DNA of 64,000 bases, from NCBI RefSeq assembly GCF_030144855.1, contig NC_082706.1:14942001-15006000 (forward strand). The letters run 5' to 3'. Under the pieces are notes generated by a model. It made no database searches. It was not told where the DNA came from and saw only the letters and a program-made list of their open reading frames with translations. The stretch comes from Hypanus sabinus (Eukaryota). The position numbers and the translations under genes are program-made. Positions 50,510 to 64,000 of the stretch are shown here, in pieces. Numbering within the stretch: position 1 is the first letter of the stretch; each line of letters begins with the position of its first letter.

Positions 50510-51210
50510 GACCTCCTTCCCTAAAGGTTAGCTTGCAGGTTGAGTCAGTAGAAAGGAAGGCAAGTGCAGCATTGCCGTTCATTTCAAGTGGACTGAAATG
50601 TAAAAGCAAGAATGTACTGAGGCTTTCTCAGGCATTGGTCAGACCACATTTGGAGTACTGTGTGCCGGTTTGGGCCCCATATCTAAAAAAGGATGCACTG
50701 GCATTGGAGAGGCTCCATAGCTTTACGAGTATGATCCTGAGAATGAAAGAGTTAATGTATGAGGAGCGTTTAATGGTCATGGGCATGTACTTGCTGGAGT
50801 TTAGATGAATGAGATGATGGGGGGGGGGGGGGTGGCATAAATCTCATTAAAACACACTGAATATTGAAAGGTCAAAATAAATTGGATGTGGAGAGGATGC
50901 TTCCAATAGTGAGGGAGTCTAGGACCAGAGGGCACAAACTCAGTAGAAGGAGGTCCTTTTAGAACAAAGATGAGGAGGAATATCTTTAGCTTGAATGCAG
51001 TGAATTTCGAATTTTGCCACAGATGGTTGTGGAGGCCATGTCATTGGGTATATTAACATCGGAGGCTATTAGATTCTTGATTAGTAAGGGCATCAAAGGT
51101 TATGAGGAGAAGGCAAGAAAATGGGTTGAGAAGGATAATAAATCAGATGGAATGGCAGTGCAGACTCATTGGGCTGAATGGCCTAAATCAGCTCATATGT
51201 ATATAGTCCT
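50510..51210 (+). mobile_element. CR1 LINE 3' end
   Basis: ALVRPHLEYCVPVWAPYLKKD. Confidence 0.8.
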
Positions 51211-54169
51211 ACTGCTCTGTCCCTGTAACTCTATGAAGTTTTAATATCTAGAAATCTGTATACCTGCACCTTAAGTATCTCCATCGTCTTGGCTTCCTCT
51301 GTCTCCAGTGTTGGGGAGTTTCACATTGAAGAAATTTGTCCTCTGACTCCCAAATGACTTGTCCCTGTCCTGAGATTCTAACTTTTGTTATTGCACACAC
51401 CCTTCTTACAGGAAAGATCCCTTGTGTATTGGGTTTGTTGAGCCCTATCAGAATTCTGTAAGTTTCAATGAGATCTGCTCTCATTTTTTCCTGAAGTCTA
51501 TTAGTAGTGGAGTTGTTAACACATCCTCTTTCAGACGATAGTGCTATCCTCTGAACCAGTCTGGTGATACTTTGTTGCACTCCTATGACAAGTATGTCCC
51601 TTGGGTTAGGAATCCAAAACCACATCAGGTGTTCCAGGTTGGCATCACCGATGGCCTGGGTAATTGACTTGACTTTATTTCTTACATCCTTCACATATGA
51701 GTAAAATTCATTCTAACTTTTGTTTTCAAAACCTGTGCAATAAAAGTTAATGTGCCATTTGCCACCTTAACCACATGCTTACTTTCATAGGCTGACGTAC
51801 ACGACACCCTTCCTACGTCAGCATTTCCCAATCTGTCACCCTAACCTGGCAAGGACAACTAGAGAACAAAAGGACGATCAGGTCCTTTGGTTTTGAAAAT
51901 CAAGTTCCTTTGTCTCTTCGTTCAGCTGAGCCTTGTGGTGCTGAGGAATTCCTAAGAGTTTATTTTTGAATTTTACTCTTGAGTAGTTCATCTGTAAATA
52001 GTCTACTTCACCTGGTCCCACCATAGCTACCTCAACCTTGACATTTATCTCTATATGTTAGTATCTCTTTGAGGTGACATCTTTTGTAGGCAGCCAGGAG
52101 CAGCATCACTTTCTGATAATTGATCTAGTTATCCTTTATCAACATGTTCTCTGATTATCCTCAAATCTAAATCCATTTCTCAATGGCCAGTTTGTAATTT
52201 TGCTTTGATTTCATTGGTAGTGTCTCTGTTGTTCTACACTTGCTTCTCGTTCCTTAAACCAACCTAGCACTCTTCCCAAACCCTGTTAATTCAGGGTTTC
52301 AATTGCATTTCTTTTTATCCATGTTATGATATAGGAATTGGTTTGCTCAATGGCCCAAATGGACTTTCCTTGATGTATGATTCTGCAATTCCTGGGGCCA
52401 GGGGTAGTGATTTAATGTCCTGAGTGATTATTGCCTCGAGATTACCTTAAGATCAAGCACTAAGAATTCCATATCAAAAGATTTAAGCCCTTTTCTAGGA
52501 ATTTGGCTGGGCTGTGGAGAAGATTGATGATCAAATCTTCAGATGAAGAGCTGTGATACTAGTTGTTCAGGAAGATCTGACACTCAGGATAGTTTGTTGC
52601 TGTTCCATCTCTACTCCAGTTTTTGCTTTATTGTCTCCTTCGCTAGACAATAGGAGGTAGGTGGTTTTATAAGCAGTAGAAGGGTTTAAAAATTATAAAT
52701 ATTTTACTGACAAATACTTTTTCACAGTTTTGCCCGTTTGTTTAATGTAAAGTCGTTCACTTTAATAACCAAAAAGCATAAATTGCTGCAGGTTATAAGT
52801 ACCAGAGCTTCTACAAGTGCTGGAAATCCAGAGAAGCACACAAAATGCAGGTCAGGTAGAGTCTAAGAGAGTCAACATTTCAGGCGAAACCCTTCAGGCA
52901 AGTTGTGCAGATTTTATGGATAAAAACACATGATAATTAAAAGAGACATAGCAGGCAGTATATGTATATTTATGGTTAGTATGTGTGATATGTACAAGCA
53001 GTTGACTTTAATATCATAGACAGGTTTAAAGTAACAATGCAATGAAGTTCTTTATATTTAGGAATTAGAAATTATTATGCCATAAAATATTATTAATAAT
53101 AACTTATTTATAGAGCACTTATCATACAGATGATGTAGTTCAAAGTGCTTTACAATGGGATAAAAGTGCAAACAGGAAAATAAAAATAAACTTGAAAATA
53201 AAAGATAATTATATTATACCATAAAATCTTGATTGTATTACCCTTGAACTAAGTAGTTTTGAATGGCACACTGTAGGAATCTTATGTTTCCTTAGAACGC
53301 TCTGAGACAAAATTGGTCTTTCTCACTCCTGCACCCCTCCATTCTCTCTCCCCTTGTCTCATGCTCTGAAATCTTATTGTGGCATTCTGTTTTTTTTTTA
53401 ATTGTAGGAATGTAAGAATTAGAAACAGGAGTAAACTACATGGCTCTGTTGAGCTTGTTTGGTCATATCTTAGATAATTATGTATCTTATCCACTTTTCT
53501 GTCTGATGTTATCAAAAATTACCCTGGTTGTACTTAATAATTCACAATCTTAAGAATTGAAAACATTGCTTTTCATCTCTCCTCAATCTCAATCCCTAGC
53601 TTTAAGATTTTATCCTTGGTCAATGTCCCACCTAAATTTCAACTCAATAATGCCACAGCCTCTCAGCATTTTTGCTCAAAATTACGTGTGTCACATGAAA
53701 CTACCTGTCATTCTTTCAAATTTTGCTGAATGTGGGTGCTTGGTAGGATTAAAAAAACACAGTAGATTAATATATCAATACAGTAAGTTCCTAATTTTAT
53801 TTTCCTGCCTCTGACATAATAGTACTGTATATAGGATTACACACAAAATGCTGGAAGAACTGAGTAGGTCAGGCAGCATCTATAGAGGGGAATAAACATT
53901 CGACGTTTTGGGCCCAGACCCTCCTTCAGGAACACTATTTACTAGGATTAATCTTTTGACATATATATGTTTTTACAATTTTTTTCTATATGTCTTGCTC
54001 ATAATTTTAATTTCTTCTTCTAACCTTTAGACATCCTTTCCATTTTTAAGAACCTGTCCAAAATGTCAAGGTTATCTCTTGTTTGTTATCATTGGAACAG
54101 TGCTTCATTCAATCTAGTGTAGTCACAACCCACAGCTGATCGCATAGATATTTCTGAATAAAATGGGTA

Positions 54170-54455
54170 TTGCCACAGTAGAATAGAGGTTAGCATGATA
54201 CTATTAGAGCTTGGGTTGTTGGATTTTGGAGTTCAATTCTGCCACTGTCTATAAGGAGTTTGTACATTCTCCCCGTGACTACACTGTAGGGTTTCTTCCT
54301 ACAGTCCAAAGATGTACCAGTCAGTAGGGTAATTGGTCATTGTGAATTGTCCTATGATTAGACTAGAATGAAGTCAGTAAGTTGCTGGGCAAGGTGGTTT
54401 ATTAGGCCAGAAGGGCCTGTTCTGTGCTGTACCTCCAGATAAAAATAAAATAATT
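54170..54455 (+). mobile_element. tRNA-derived V-SINE-like element
   Basis: GAGTTCAATTC box, GAGTTTGTACATTCTCCCCGTGAC domain, CR1-like tail. Confidence 0.6.
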
Positions 54456-54581
54456 AAATTTGGGTCCTGTAAACTTTGCCTCTGATTGGATGTACATGAA
54501 ACTGATGACCTTTTTTCCACTTGCCTGGAAGAAATGGGAGTTAAGATAAGATTTTGAAATATTCAACCTCTCTCATCGAAG

Positions 54582-54636
54582 ATTTGATGAGGGAAGAGGC
54601 TTTGGATGGAAGACGGGTGTATCATGGTAGCTTCCA
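54582..54636 (+). CDS. Candidate exon 2 of the unidentified + gene (DLMREEALDGRRVYHGSF)
   Basis: Donor CCA|gtaagt; weak aag acceptor; only the phase-1 frame is open, matching 35254. Confidence 0.45.
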
Positions 54637-55819
54637 GTAAGTGTTCTAAGATTTTCTTGAGGTATTGTTATGATTCCTGATCAACTGAGCGAGAGATGCT
54701 TCTTGTTCAGATGCCCTAGATGCACTCAGTCACGCCCCTTCCAGGGAAATGTATCAAATTTTAGGCAGATAAATTTGGCAGACTGTTTAGAAATGGTATT
54801 TAATGTCTAAAATTAGGGCAGTGTTATTTATACTAGAGCATCCTCTAGTATAATGAATGGCCAAATGATTCATTGTGCTCTGGGATGACTGAAGGTGTTG
54901 TTGCATTCCGAGACAGGTTCAGAAACACTTCTGAACATGTGTTCCATTATGTTCCACAGGAAGTTCAAAGTAAACAACAAGATATGGATATTTCTCTCCC
55001 CACCCCCCTCCCCTGGCCTTAAACCACTGTGATACAGGAGCCAGAGGGGAGATGTCTAGATGACCCTGTCAATTGCTTCTACTTTGATTTCCTTTATACC
55101 CTGCTGTACCTCTTTCTCCAACCAGGATGGAATGATTGTATTTACTGCACTTCCTTCAGAACAACACTTAATTGAGGGTCTTGAAAGCTTTGACTCAAGC
55201 AGTAGAAACCAAGTCTAAGGCAAGAGAAGGCTTTCTGCTATAAAATAGCAGTGAAGTTTTGGGCAGGAATTGATAACTCCTGTCTATAGATTAGATTCTG
55301 TAGTTTACACAATAAATGTGCACAGTACAATAATTACTAGTGTAGGATGTTGTTAGCAATGCATTTCACCTATTTAAAAGCACACTAATTCATTTGATGT
55401 CAAACTATTGCAATGTAATCTCCCAGAAATCATTATTTCACAACTTCCAAAAGCTGACTGATGAAATCATTGTTTTAGTGCTAGCACTGAACATGACTTA
55501 GAACATAGAACAGTACAGCACGGAACAGGCCAAACAATGTTGTGCCAAACCAGCAGATCAAAAACTTGATGAAAATTGTTCTTCCCATACAATAAAGCTT
55601 GAAAACAGTGTTAGTGGGATAACTATCAGTGCAGTATTAATCAGAGTGCTTAAGGTGTCTTAATGATATTTTGTTTATTTTATTAATACTTTATGGAATT
55701 TTTATCCGAAGCCACTGTATTTGGTTAATGTCTTTCTCTACATATCATGTGCTGGGCCAACTCACCCGATATCAATGGGAACACTGCAGTGTGGATCTCC
55801 CAGCTATGTTGCTTTTTAG

Positions 55820-55932
55820 AATGGGAGATGATTTGGGAGGAAAAAAAATGTCTGGTGTGAAGAAGGTTCAGCCTGAACTCCAGCTTCTCCTCCAAAGCCG
55901 TGACAGTTCTGTGAAGTTAGATTGTATCTATG
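55820..55932 (+). CDS. Candidate exon 3 of the unidentified + gene (QMGDDLGGKKMSGVKKVQPELQLLLQSRDSSVKLDCIY); 3' boundary uncertain
   Basis: Acceptor ttgctttttag; phase 2 completes CAA with the previous exon. Confidence 0.4.
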
Positions 55933-56262
55933 GTATATGTGTATGTTTTAAATCGGTTATGAGGAACTATGAAGTGGAGAAGTTAGGGAACTTTCTCTGC
56001 CATAGGCCAATTGGGCAAAAGATTTCAATGTAATATACAATATTTGACTTCTATTTGCTTTGTGTATCTGCTGTTGAAAATAGTACTGGTATATATTCTC
56101 ATGCTGTTTTGAATTTATCAAACCTTCCAATTTGATTTGTAATTTGTATCTAATTTGAACTGATATTTTTGCGGTTTGTTAATCTGTCTATATTTTCCAC
56201 AATCCATAGCTACAAAATTAGATTGTTCTGTTTAATCTTTAACTCATCGAGGGTCATGAATT

Positions 56263-56494
56263 CAGTCACAAACAAGAGAAAATCTGCAGATGCTGGAAAT
56301 CTAAGCAGCAGCACACAAAATGCTGGAGGAACTCCGCAGGCCGGGCAGCAACTATGGAAAAGAGTACAGTCGACGTTTCAGACCAAGACCCTTGGGACCT
56401 GCCAAAGGGTTTCAGCCCAAAACATCGACTGTACTCTTTTCTATAGATGCTGCCTGGCTTGCTGAGTTCCTCCAGCATTTTGTGTGTGTTGTAC
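56263..56494. mobile_element. Palindromic Penelope-derived short insertion with 12-bp TSD
   Basis: GGGTCATGAATT at 56251-62 and 56495-506; inverted arms of about 85 bp. Confidence 0.8.
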
Positions 56495-56711
56495 GGGTCA
56501 TGAATTAATGGTTTAATATATGTTTCCTATGAGACGGTAATTAATTTCAATCATTGGGAACACGTAAGATGTATGAAAGCTTTAAACCTGAATTCTGTAA
56601 TTTTTGTCTTGTAATCATTATTGCAGTTGATGCTATAATTTCTTAAACTGTGAGATGCAAGATTTTAATTAATGTTCATATAATTCCTAGACATTGAGAT
56701 CTTGGGATATA

Positions 56712-57345
56712 TGGTGGATTCCAGTTATTTGGGCCATTGGTTAATCGAGCAGCAGCTTATTTGAGAACACTATTAAAGAACAAAAACAAATGGAGAAAAT
56801 AGCTGGTGTTGCCTTTGTTTATTTGGGACACTGTACTGCTTAATTGGAACAGGAGACTGTTGCAGAACAGTTTCTAACTAGCGTGTACTTGTGTGGCCAT
56901 TAGAAACTACGCCATGCTGAGAGCAAACAGTTTTTAAAGGCACCGATTCAAAATGTCATGATTTTTGATCGTTTTCTGCCAGGAAATTTATTGGTGGATT
57001 ATGACACTACTTCAGGCAGGAAGGCAATAGAGGCAAAGAATTATCCACACTTGGGTGTCCGCGCTGATTTTGTTCATTTACAATTAATAAAAGAGTACGA
57101 CAATGTACCCTGTTTAATACCCCATTGATAACTATTAGGAACTAGTACACGTTTATAGTAGTATTGGTAGTGTTCTAATTTGTTCCATATTTCATTTAAA
57201 TACATAATTAGTTACACAGTTAAATGGTAGTTTGTCTTTTTTATACCTTTTTAACTATTTCCATGACACTTCAGTTAATTAATGCACCCACTTGATTGGA
57301 CCAAAATGTACAAAATTATGTGTCCTAATTAACCGGAATCCACTG
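56712..57345. mobile_element. pogo/Tigger-like MITE
   Basis: GTGGATTCCAGTTA ... TAACCGGAATCCACTG followed by TA. Confidence 0.65.
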
Positions 57346-58602
57346 TATTTCCATCTTAATGTTTGCAAGTTGTGTCAATATTTGAGTGATACCAGTGTTC
57401 TTTATGGAGATTATTATATTGTGTCATTCACCTGATAAAGAACATGGGTTTTATATCTTTGTACAACTATAGGGATCTACATATACTGTATCTATTGGGA
57501 ATAATACTGTATTATTCAACTCTAAATTAAACTTTCATTTCACTGTACACTTTGAAGGTAGAAACTATCTAATCTGAGCATTGGAGTTGTGTTTGATTTA
57601 TGTTGGGATAATCTTTCATCTGAGAAAGGGTAAATTTTATGATGCTATTTAATTCTTACATAATCGCAGTGCCAACAGCACATAGAGGATCAGACTTGTA
57701 AGTCAACCAAGAACTTGGTTTAAAAATAAGACCTGTGAAAGAGATTAACTTCAAGCTTGGGAGATCGCCGATAGTGATAACATTGACATTGCTCTTCTTT
57801 CAGGTTTATGGATTGAAATCTATTGGTGATAATTCGTTGGATATTGAGTGATTTTTCACTAGTGTTTACATCGTGACAAAAAGTAACCAACATACAGGAG
57901 AAAAAGGTCATGTGGATAGATAAGTGACAAAAGGAGTTTTAATCCAAAGTATTGTGAGGTATTGTTTTTGGGAATTATAACAAGGGAAAGGAATACACAA
58001 AATACAAGAGGATATTGGAATGTTTGAAGTAACACATATCTTGGTATATACACAGATCCTTAAAATTAGCAGGCCAAGTCAGTGAGGTAGTACAGAATGC
58101 AAGGAACCTTTCTTTTTATTAGCTGGGGCACAATATTAGAACAAGAAAGAAGAAATCCAGTTTAAAAAAGTAAGATTAATAAGCTAGCTTTGTTTCTGTG
58201 AAATAGAGTTCAATGTGAATAGAGAATCAGATGAGGCAGATAAAACTCTAAGGGGTTAGAGAAAATAAAACAGTACAGCAGAGCACTGGAATAATCCCCT
58301 TGGCCCACAATGGTGTACTAAACTAGTAAGTAAATTACATCTGCATCCCACCATTTTCTGCATATTTATGTGCCTACCTAAAAGCCTCTAAAGTGCCTTT
58401 ATCATGTTTGCTTCCAAGACCACCCTGGCTGTGCATTCCTACCATCCACCACTCTGTGTTTCAAAAACAAAACTTGCCCTGAATACCTCCTGTGATCTTA
58501 GCCACTCTCCCCCCAAATGTGTGCCCTATAGTATTAGATATTTTGAGCCTGGGAATAAGATATATTTGTTTATCAATGCTCTTATAAACTAGAACAAATA
58601 TA

Positions 58603-59103
58603 CACTTAGTGTCCACTTTATTTGGTGCACCTGTACACCTTGTTAATGCAAGTATCTAAAACAGCCCAATCATGCGACCACAACTCAATGCATAAAAGGA
58701 TGCAGAAGTAGTCAAGTTGTTCTTCAGACCAAACATCAGAAGGGGGAAGAAATATGATCTAAGTGACTTTGACTGTGGAATGATTGTTGGTGCCAGTCGG
58801 GGTGGTTTGTGTCTCTCAGAAACTGCTGAGCTCCAGGGGTTTTCACGCACAACAGTCAAAGAATGGCGCGAGAAACAAAAAAAAAAATCATACAGTGAGC
58901 GACAGTTATTTGGAAGAAAGCACCCTGTTACTGAGTGAGGTCAGAAGAGAATGGCCAGACTGGTTGAAGTTGACAGAAATAACCTGTGGTGTGCAGAAGA
59001 GCTTCTCTGAACGCACAACACATCAAACTGTGAGGTGGATGGGCTACAGAAGCAGAAGATCACAACGTACACTTAGTGGTCACTTCATTAGGTACAGGAG
59101 GTG
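58603..59103 (+). mobile_element. Tc1-like non-autonomous element
   Basis: GKKYDLSDFDCGMIVGASRGGLCLSETAEL; same family as 5113-5651. Confidence 0.8.
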
Positions 59104-62100
59104 CCTCATTGCCCACTGACATATTTTTTCATCCAAAGGGTAACATGGATCTGGTACTCAGAGCCTGAAAGAGTAGTAGTTACTGAGAAGCTCACTGCAT
59201 TTCAAAGGTGTTTTGGTTGTATAGTGAAAAGAGCAGGAACCTGTAGAACTGTGGACCGACGATTGGAAGTGGAATTTAGTTAAGGTAGCCTTTTCAACTG
59301 GCGCAGACAAAGTTGATGGAATAACCTTCTCTGTCATGAATTGTCTGATTCTGATTTTGTAGGTTGTGGTAGAGGTCATGGGTTTGGTCAGAGCCTTGGT
59401 GAGTTGCTGTGGCCCATCTTGCAGATGGTGTACACTGCAGCCATGATGAACTAATGTTGCTAGGAATGAATGATCTTAGATATGGTGCGTGCAGTGCCAG
59501 GCAAGCTGCCGGACTGAAATTTGACTGCTGTTGTAGCTGCACTCATCCAGGCAGCCCATCACATTCAAAACGTGAAGCTTGTAAATAGTGGAACAGAAGG
59601 TGGGTCATTTGACCAAAACTACACATAGTCATAAATTGGGACAGGGAGGGGGGGTGGGGGAGGTTGTTTAACCCTTTTTGGACAGAAAGTGGAAGTGAAC
59701 AAAAACATTAAGAAATTATAGGCTCTTCTATTTGTTGTATCCATTTTGTGGATAATCCATCAGATCGCCAACTCAATAAGTGTACCATAGTAATCCAGCA
59801 TGTCTAATTTCTGTAACCTTCTGGCACCTATTAGAGAGATTGAGGTAGAAATCTAATACTGTTATTTCATTTAATTAATTTTGACTTGTTAGTTTTTTTG
59901 CAGTCTCTTGATTTCATATCATGCCATATTAGCTATTTGAGCAAGAGTGAGATTTGTTCTTCACTGAATTCCCATGCATGGTAATGCATCAAATCTAAAA
60001 TATATTTGCATGCAAAAGCATTCCAGTATCATGCTTCATAGGAAATCTGTGCCTAGTCTTTTGGCTTACTAAATAAAAGATTTTCATCCTGCCCCACCTG
60101 CCCTGACCTAGACTGAAGCTATACCAGCAAACGGAAGATAGTTTTGTTTTGGCAAAGTTGGAAATATTTTCCTGGGAAAAGAGTTTGCCATGCAACTTTA
60201 AAAGAATTGATTGTACTATTAAAGTTCAAAATAAATTTATTATCAAAGTATATATATGTCACCATATACAACCCTGTGATTTATTTTCTTGCAGGCATGC
60301 TCAAATCTATAGAATAATAGCCATAACAGAAACAATTTAAGACTGCACCAACTTGGACATTCAACCAGTGTGCAAAAGACAACAAACTGTATAACTAAAA
60401 AAAGAAATAATAAATAAGCAATAAATATTGAGAACATGAGATGAAGAGTTCTTGAAAGTGAGTCCATTTTTCCCACAACATTTCATTGAGGGAACAAGTG
60501 AAGGTGAGTGAAGTTATCCACTTTGGTTCAAGAGATTGATGGCTGAATCAGGTACTGTGAGCCCTGAGGCTCCTGTATATTCTTCTTGATGGCAGGAGTG
60601 AGAAGAGAGCATGGCCTGGGTGGTGGGGGTCCCTGATGATGGATGCTGTTTTCCTGCAACAGCGTTTCATATGTACTGTAATGAAGTTAATCATGCTATT
60701 AAGAAATAATGGAATATCAGTACCGTTGATTATTTGTCTATATTTGTAAAATTGGTTCCTGTTGCAATACAAAGTGGTTAGAGGCTTGTTCTATTTATTC
60801 ACTTTTTTATTCCAAATATTAGTATGGAAAGTCTAATAAGGTTGTCAATCACCTTAAACATGAGTGATTGTTACAAACATGACACATTCTTTTAATTTAT
60901 AAATCTCACAGAGGTATATTTGAAAACAAAATGTTGCACACTACTGCTTTAAAAAATATGCTCTCATTTTGCCCATGGGCCACGACCGCTTCATTTCTTC
61001 AACGTTCTGTTCTGCCAATGCATCATTGGTTGATCCATCTCTCTCTCAGCCTTAATCTCCTGGCTTCTCCCCATAACCCTTCATGCCCTGACTCATCAAG
61101 ACTTTATTAATGGACCAACTTTGAGGAGAATATGTTTCAGGAAGCAGTTGAGTCAAAAGAATGTCAGAAAATGCAGAGCTTCCTTCCTTCAAAAAGAGTA
61201 AAAATCATGACAAATGTTGGGTTGTTTATAAACACCGAGAACTAGGCTGGTTACAAAAATGAATTGGAGAGGAAATGAAAACAGAAAGAAGAGAAACAAA
61301 GCCTGAGAAAATAGAATTCTTCTATCAGCACATCAATAATAAAACAGTAGCAGGGAGTGTAAACAACAAAAAGGAACTTAATTACCTTTAATTTGTTTTA
61401 ATCAGAAAAGTAGGTTCTTTCAACATAATAGTGAAGGAGATGATTGACACATTAAGTATGTTTGAAAATTGATGGTGATTTTGAAAACCATGCTTTAAAA
61501 TAATGCTGTTTATAAGATTTGTACTTTTAAACAAACTCATGTATTTTTCACACTCACTGGCAGCGGTATAGCAGCCACGCTACAGTTTATCACATTTCTC
61601 ATTTTTCATTGGCTAAGTATTAGTACATTATCCACATGATGTAATTGTTTTAATTATGTCGCCTATTAGTTAGTTTATTCTCTTTGTAAGGAATTTATCT
61701 TATCTATACAAGTGGTGGATTTTTCAGAGGCACCTGTATCCCTTTGTCTCTGCATCCATTCAACTGTCACATTGTTTCCCAGCTCAAGTTTTGTAGGTTT
61801 GTACTCTAAAATAAACTGAAATATTGGAATTAAGACTGTCTTTCAGTCTTAATTCCAAGATTTCAGTTTAGAGATCGAACAGTATGGAGTTCTTAAATAA
61901 CTTGGATGCACTTGAAGTCATGCAGGACTGGATTGGATGCTTTATAGGATTTTGAGGAAAATACAGCAGGACGCCACAGAATTGTGAGCATAATCTTACA
62001 GTGTCCTTCGGATACTGAAGTCATGTGTGAGGACTGCAGAGGGGTGAATGGTATACCCTATATTCAAGAAAAAAAAACAGTAAGATAAGCCCAACAAATA

Positions 62101-63627
62101 TAGGTCAGTTGGTTTAACCTCAGTGATGGAAGAGCTTTCAGAAACATTGATCTGGGAGAGGATTAACAGATGACAGAAGAAATTGGATTAATTGAGGCAA
62201 AACAGCATAGATTTGCAAAGGAGAATTTGTGTATGGCTATTTTAATAGAATATATTGATGAGGTAAATCAGACAATTTCAAAGTGTAGTATTTTGGTAAA
62301 TTAATCTGGAGTAGGATTTGCACACTAAAGTGTAGGGGGCCTTGGAGAGTATGTTGTGAACAGAGAAACCAAGGGGGTACTAATTAATTTTTTCTTAAAA
62401 GTGGTGACGTGGGTGAACAGGTGACAGAGAAGCCTGTTCAGAAACTTGCCTTGTTGGTGAAGGCTCTGAGAACAAAAGCTGGGACACCATGTTACAACTG
62501 TACAAGACATGGAGGAGACCAGCCTTGGCGCAAGAATATTGGGGAGCTGTTCCTGTTGGCGCAACTGCCGAGGATTGGAAGTCAGATGGATACTTAAAAG
62601 AAAAAGGGAAGAGGATTATAAGTGACATGAGGAAAATCTTTTCTAGAAAAGTGTGGTTGGAATCTGGAATGCACAGTGTGCAGACGTGAAAGAGGCAGAT
62701 TCCATGGTGGCCTTCTCAAGGGAACTAGATCAAACAGAGAGGTTACATTTGCCAGGCCACTGAGAAGGAAGCAGGGTTGTTGAACTTGCAAGTTGCTCTG
62801 TTAGAGCACCAATTAAGAGTTTTATTAGTATTTACTGTTTTTATATATATAAACAGCAGGCATCTAATAGTTCAGTTATCAAGCTCCAAATGAGGTGTTG
62901 GTGATTCCACCCGAACACCACCTCCCAAGGCAACTGCAGAAAAGTGCGAAACATCTCAGTGTAAGTGGCCACATTCTTGAGGAAAGTCTTTGTGTTGCAC
63001 ATTCGCTCCAAGACCGCGTGGGTTTCCTCCGGGTATAAACTCCACATAGCACTATAAGACAGAATTGTACCCAGTTCTCTGAAACTTTGTGGCAGTAGCA
63101 CTAACTGTTGTGTCACTTCAACCCTGCAGCAAAGACGACGGGACTGGACAACTTCCCATCTCCCGCACTGAAGGCCGGTGTTCCTGAACTAGCGATGTTT
63201 CAGCTCAAGCTGTTCCAGTACAGTCAGAGCAGCTGTATATTTACCGGGGTCATAAAAAGTTGCAGCGAAGTTCCCCGACGGCGGAAGACGCAGGAGTCTC
63301 GTCCCACATTGTGAGGTCCGATTACCTCCCCGGCGCAAGGTGGCCGACAGTTTAGGCTGTAGGTTGATGTTTAATGTCCGCAGCGCTGACGCGCTTTCCT
63401 ATTTGAGCCACTTGATCGAGACGTCTCGGCAGCTCGTGGCTGTGGACTCAGTTTTGGGGACAGCGGTTCGATGTTTAGCGTTCTGTGTGTTTTGTTCGCT
63501 TTTTGCTATTAGTGCGATTTGTTGTTCCGCGCTTCGTTTGATGGTTATGTTGTGTGGGGCTTTTCTTGAAACAAGTTATATGGTGTTTCTTTGTTATGGC
63601 TGCCTGCAAGAAGACGAATCTCAAGGC

Positions 63628-63728
63628 TCTCTCTCTCTCTCTCACTCTCTCTCTCTCACTCTCTCACTCTCACTCTCTCACTCTCACTCTCTCACTCTCT
63701 CACTCTCTCTCACTCTCACTCACACACA
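63628..63728. repeat. (CT)n/(CTCTCA)n microsatellite
   Basis: Direct reading. Confidence 0.95.
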
Positions 63729-64000
63729 GGAACTCAGCAGATAGGCAGCATCTATGGGGTCAGGGCTGAGAAGAAAGGGGGAAGATGCCAGGATAAAAAG
63801 GTGTGGGGGTGAGGGGGAGGATGAGGATATTTGGAAGGTGATAGGTGAAGGCAGGTGTGTGGGAAAGATCAAGGACTGGAGAGAGAAGAGTGGACAGTAG
63901 CATATAGGGAAGGAGGAGGGGAAAATAATAGGCAGGTGAAAAGAACTGAAAGGACAGAGTAGGGAATAGAGGAAGGTGGGGGGAATTGATATTCATGCCA
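63729..64000 (-). mobile_element. Penelope-like element 3' fragment, cut by the window end
   Basis: GGAACTCAGCAG...GCAGCATCTATG head, purine-rich tract, ATTGATATTCATGCCA end. Confidence 0.6.

Noticed and set aside
50160-54500. Convergent Harbinger transposase expected downstream of the Myb/SANT gene
   Set aside because: None seen by eye; the region is CR1 fragments and AT-rich sequence. A tBLASTn with HARBI1 would be decisive
57804-57850. Strong acceptor as exon 4 of the candidate + gene (VYGLKSIGDNSLDI)
   Set aside because: Donor and phase could not be reconciled confidently with the preceding exon
63340-63812. ORFs with SLSLSHSL repeats
   Set aside because: Microsatellite and LINE-tail translation

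Overview
Eukaryotic, repeat-rich vertebrate DNA. The repeat set (CR1, Rex1/Babar, L1/Tx1, Penelope-like, V-SINE, Tc1, Tigger, hAT, Harbinger) suggests a cartilaginous fish, probably a ray; this is inference. Genes were reconstructed by hand from splice signals and exon phases. (1) Complete NUDT18 on + (3 coding exons, 24673-29259, 321 aa). (2) The 5' half of an unidentified minus-strand gene, head-to-head with NUDT18, with a spliced leader holding at least five uORFs. (3) An intact 3-exon, 411-aa Myb/SANT-like (MSANTD/NAIF1-type) gene at 40398-49993 that looks like a domesticated Harbinger DNA-binding gene, with no transposase partner in view. (4) A tentative + strand gene (exons at 35200, 54582, 55820) whose first intron would contain gene 3. 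(5) A decayed SRCR-domain exon. Also present: a 712-nt C-free G-rich minisatellite in NUDT18 intron 1, two non-autonomous Harbinger elements keeping both convergent gene tails, solo LTRs, nested transposons with clear TSDs, and hammerhead-ribozyme motifs in Penelope-like repeats. No database searches were run; most short ORFs in the track are repeat-derived.
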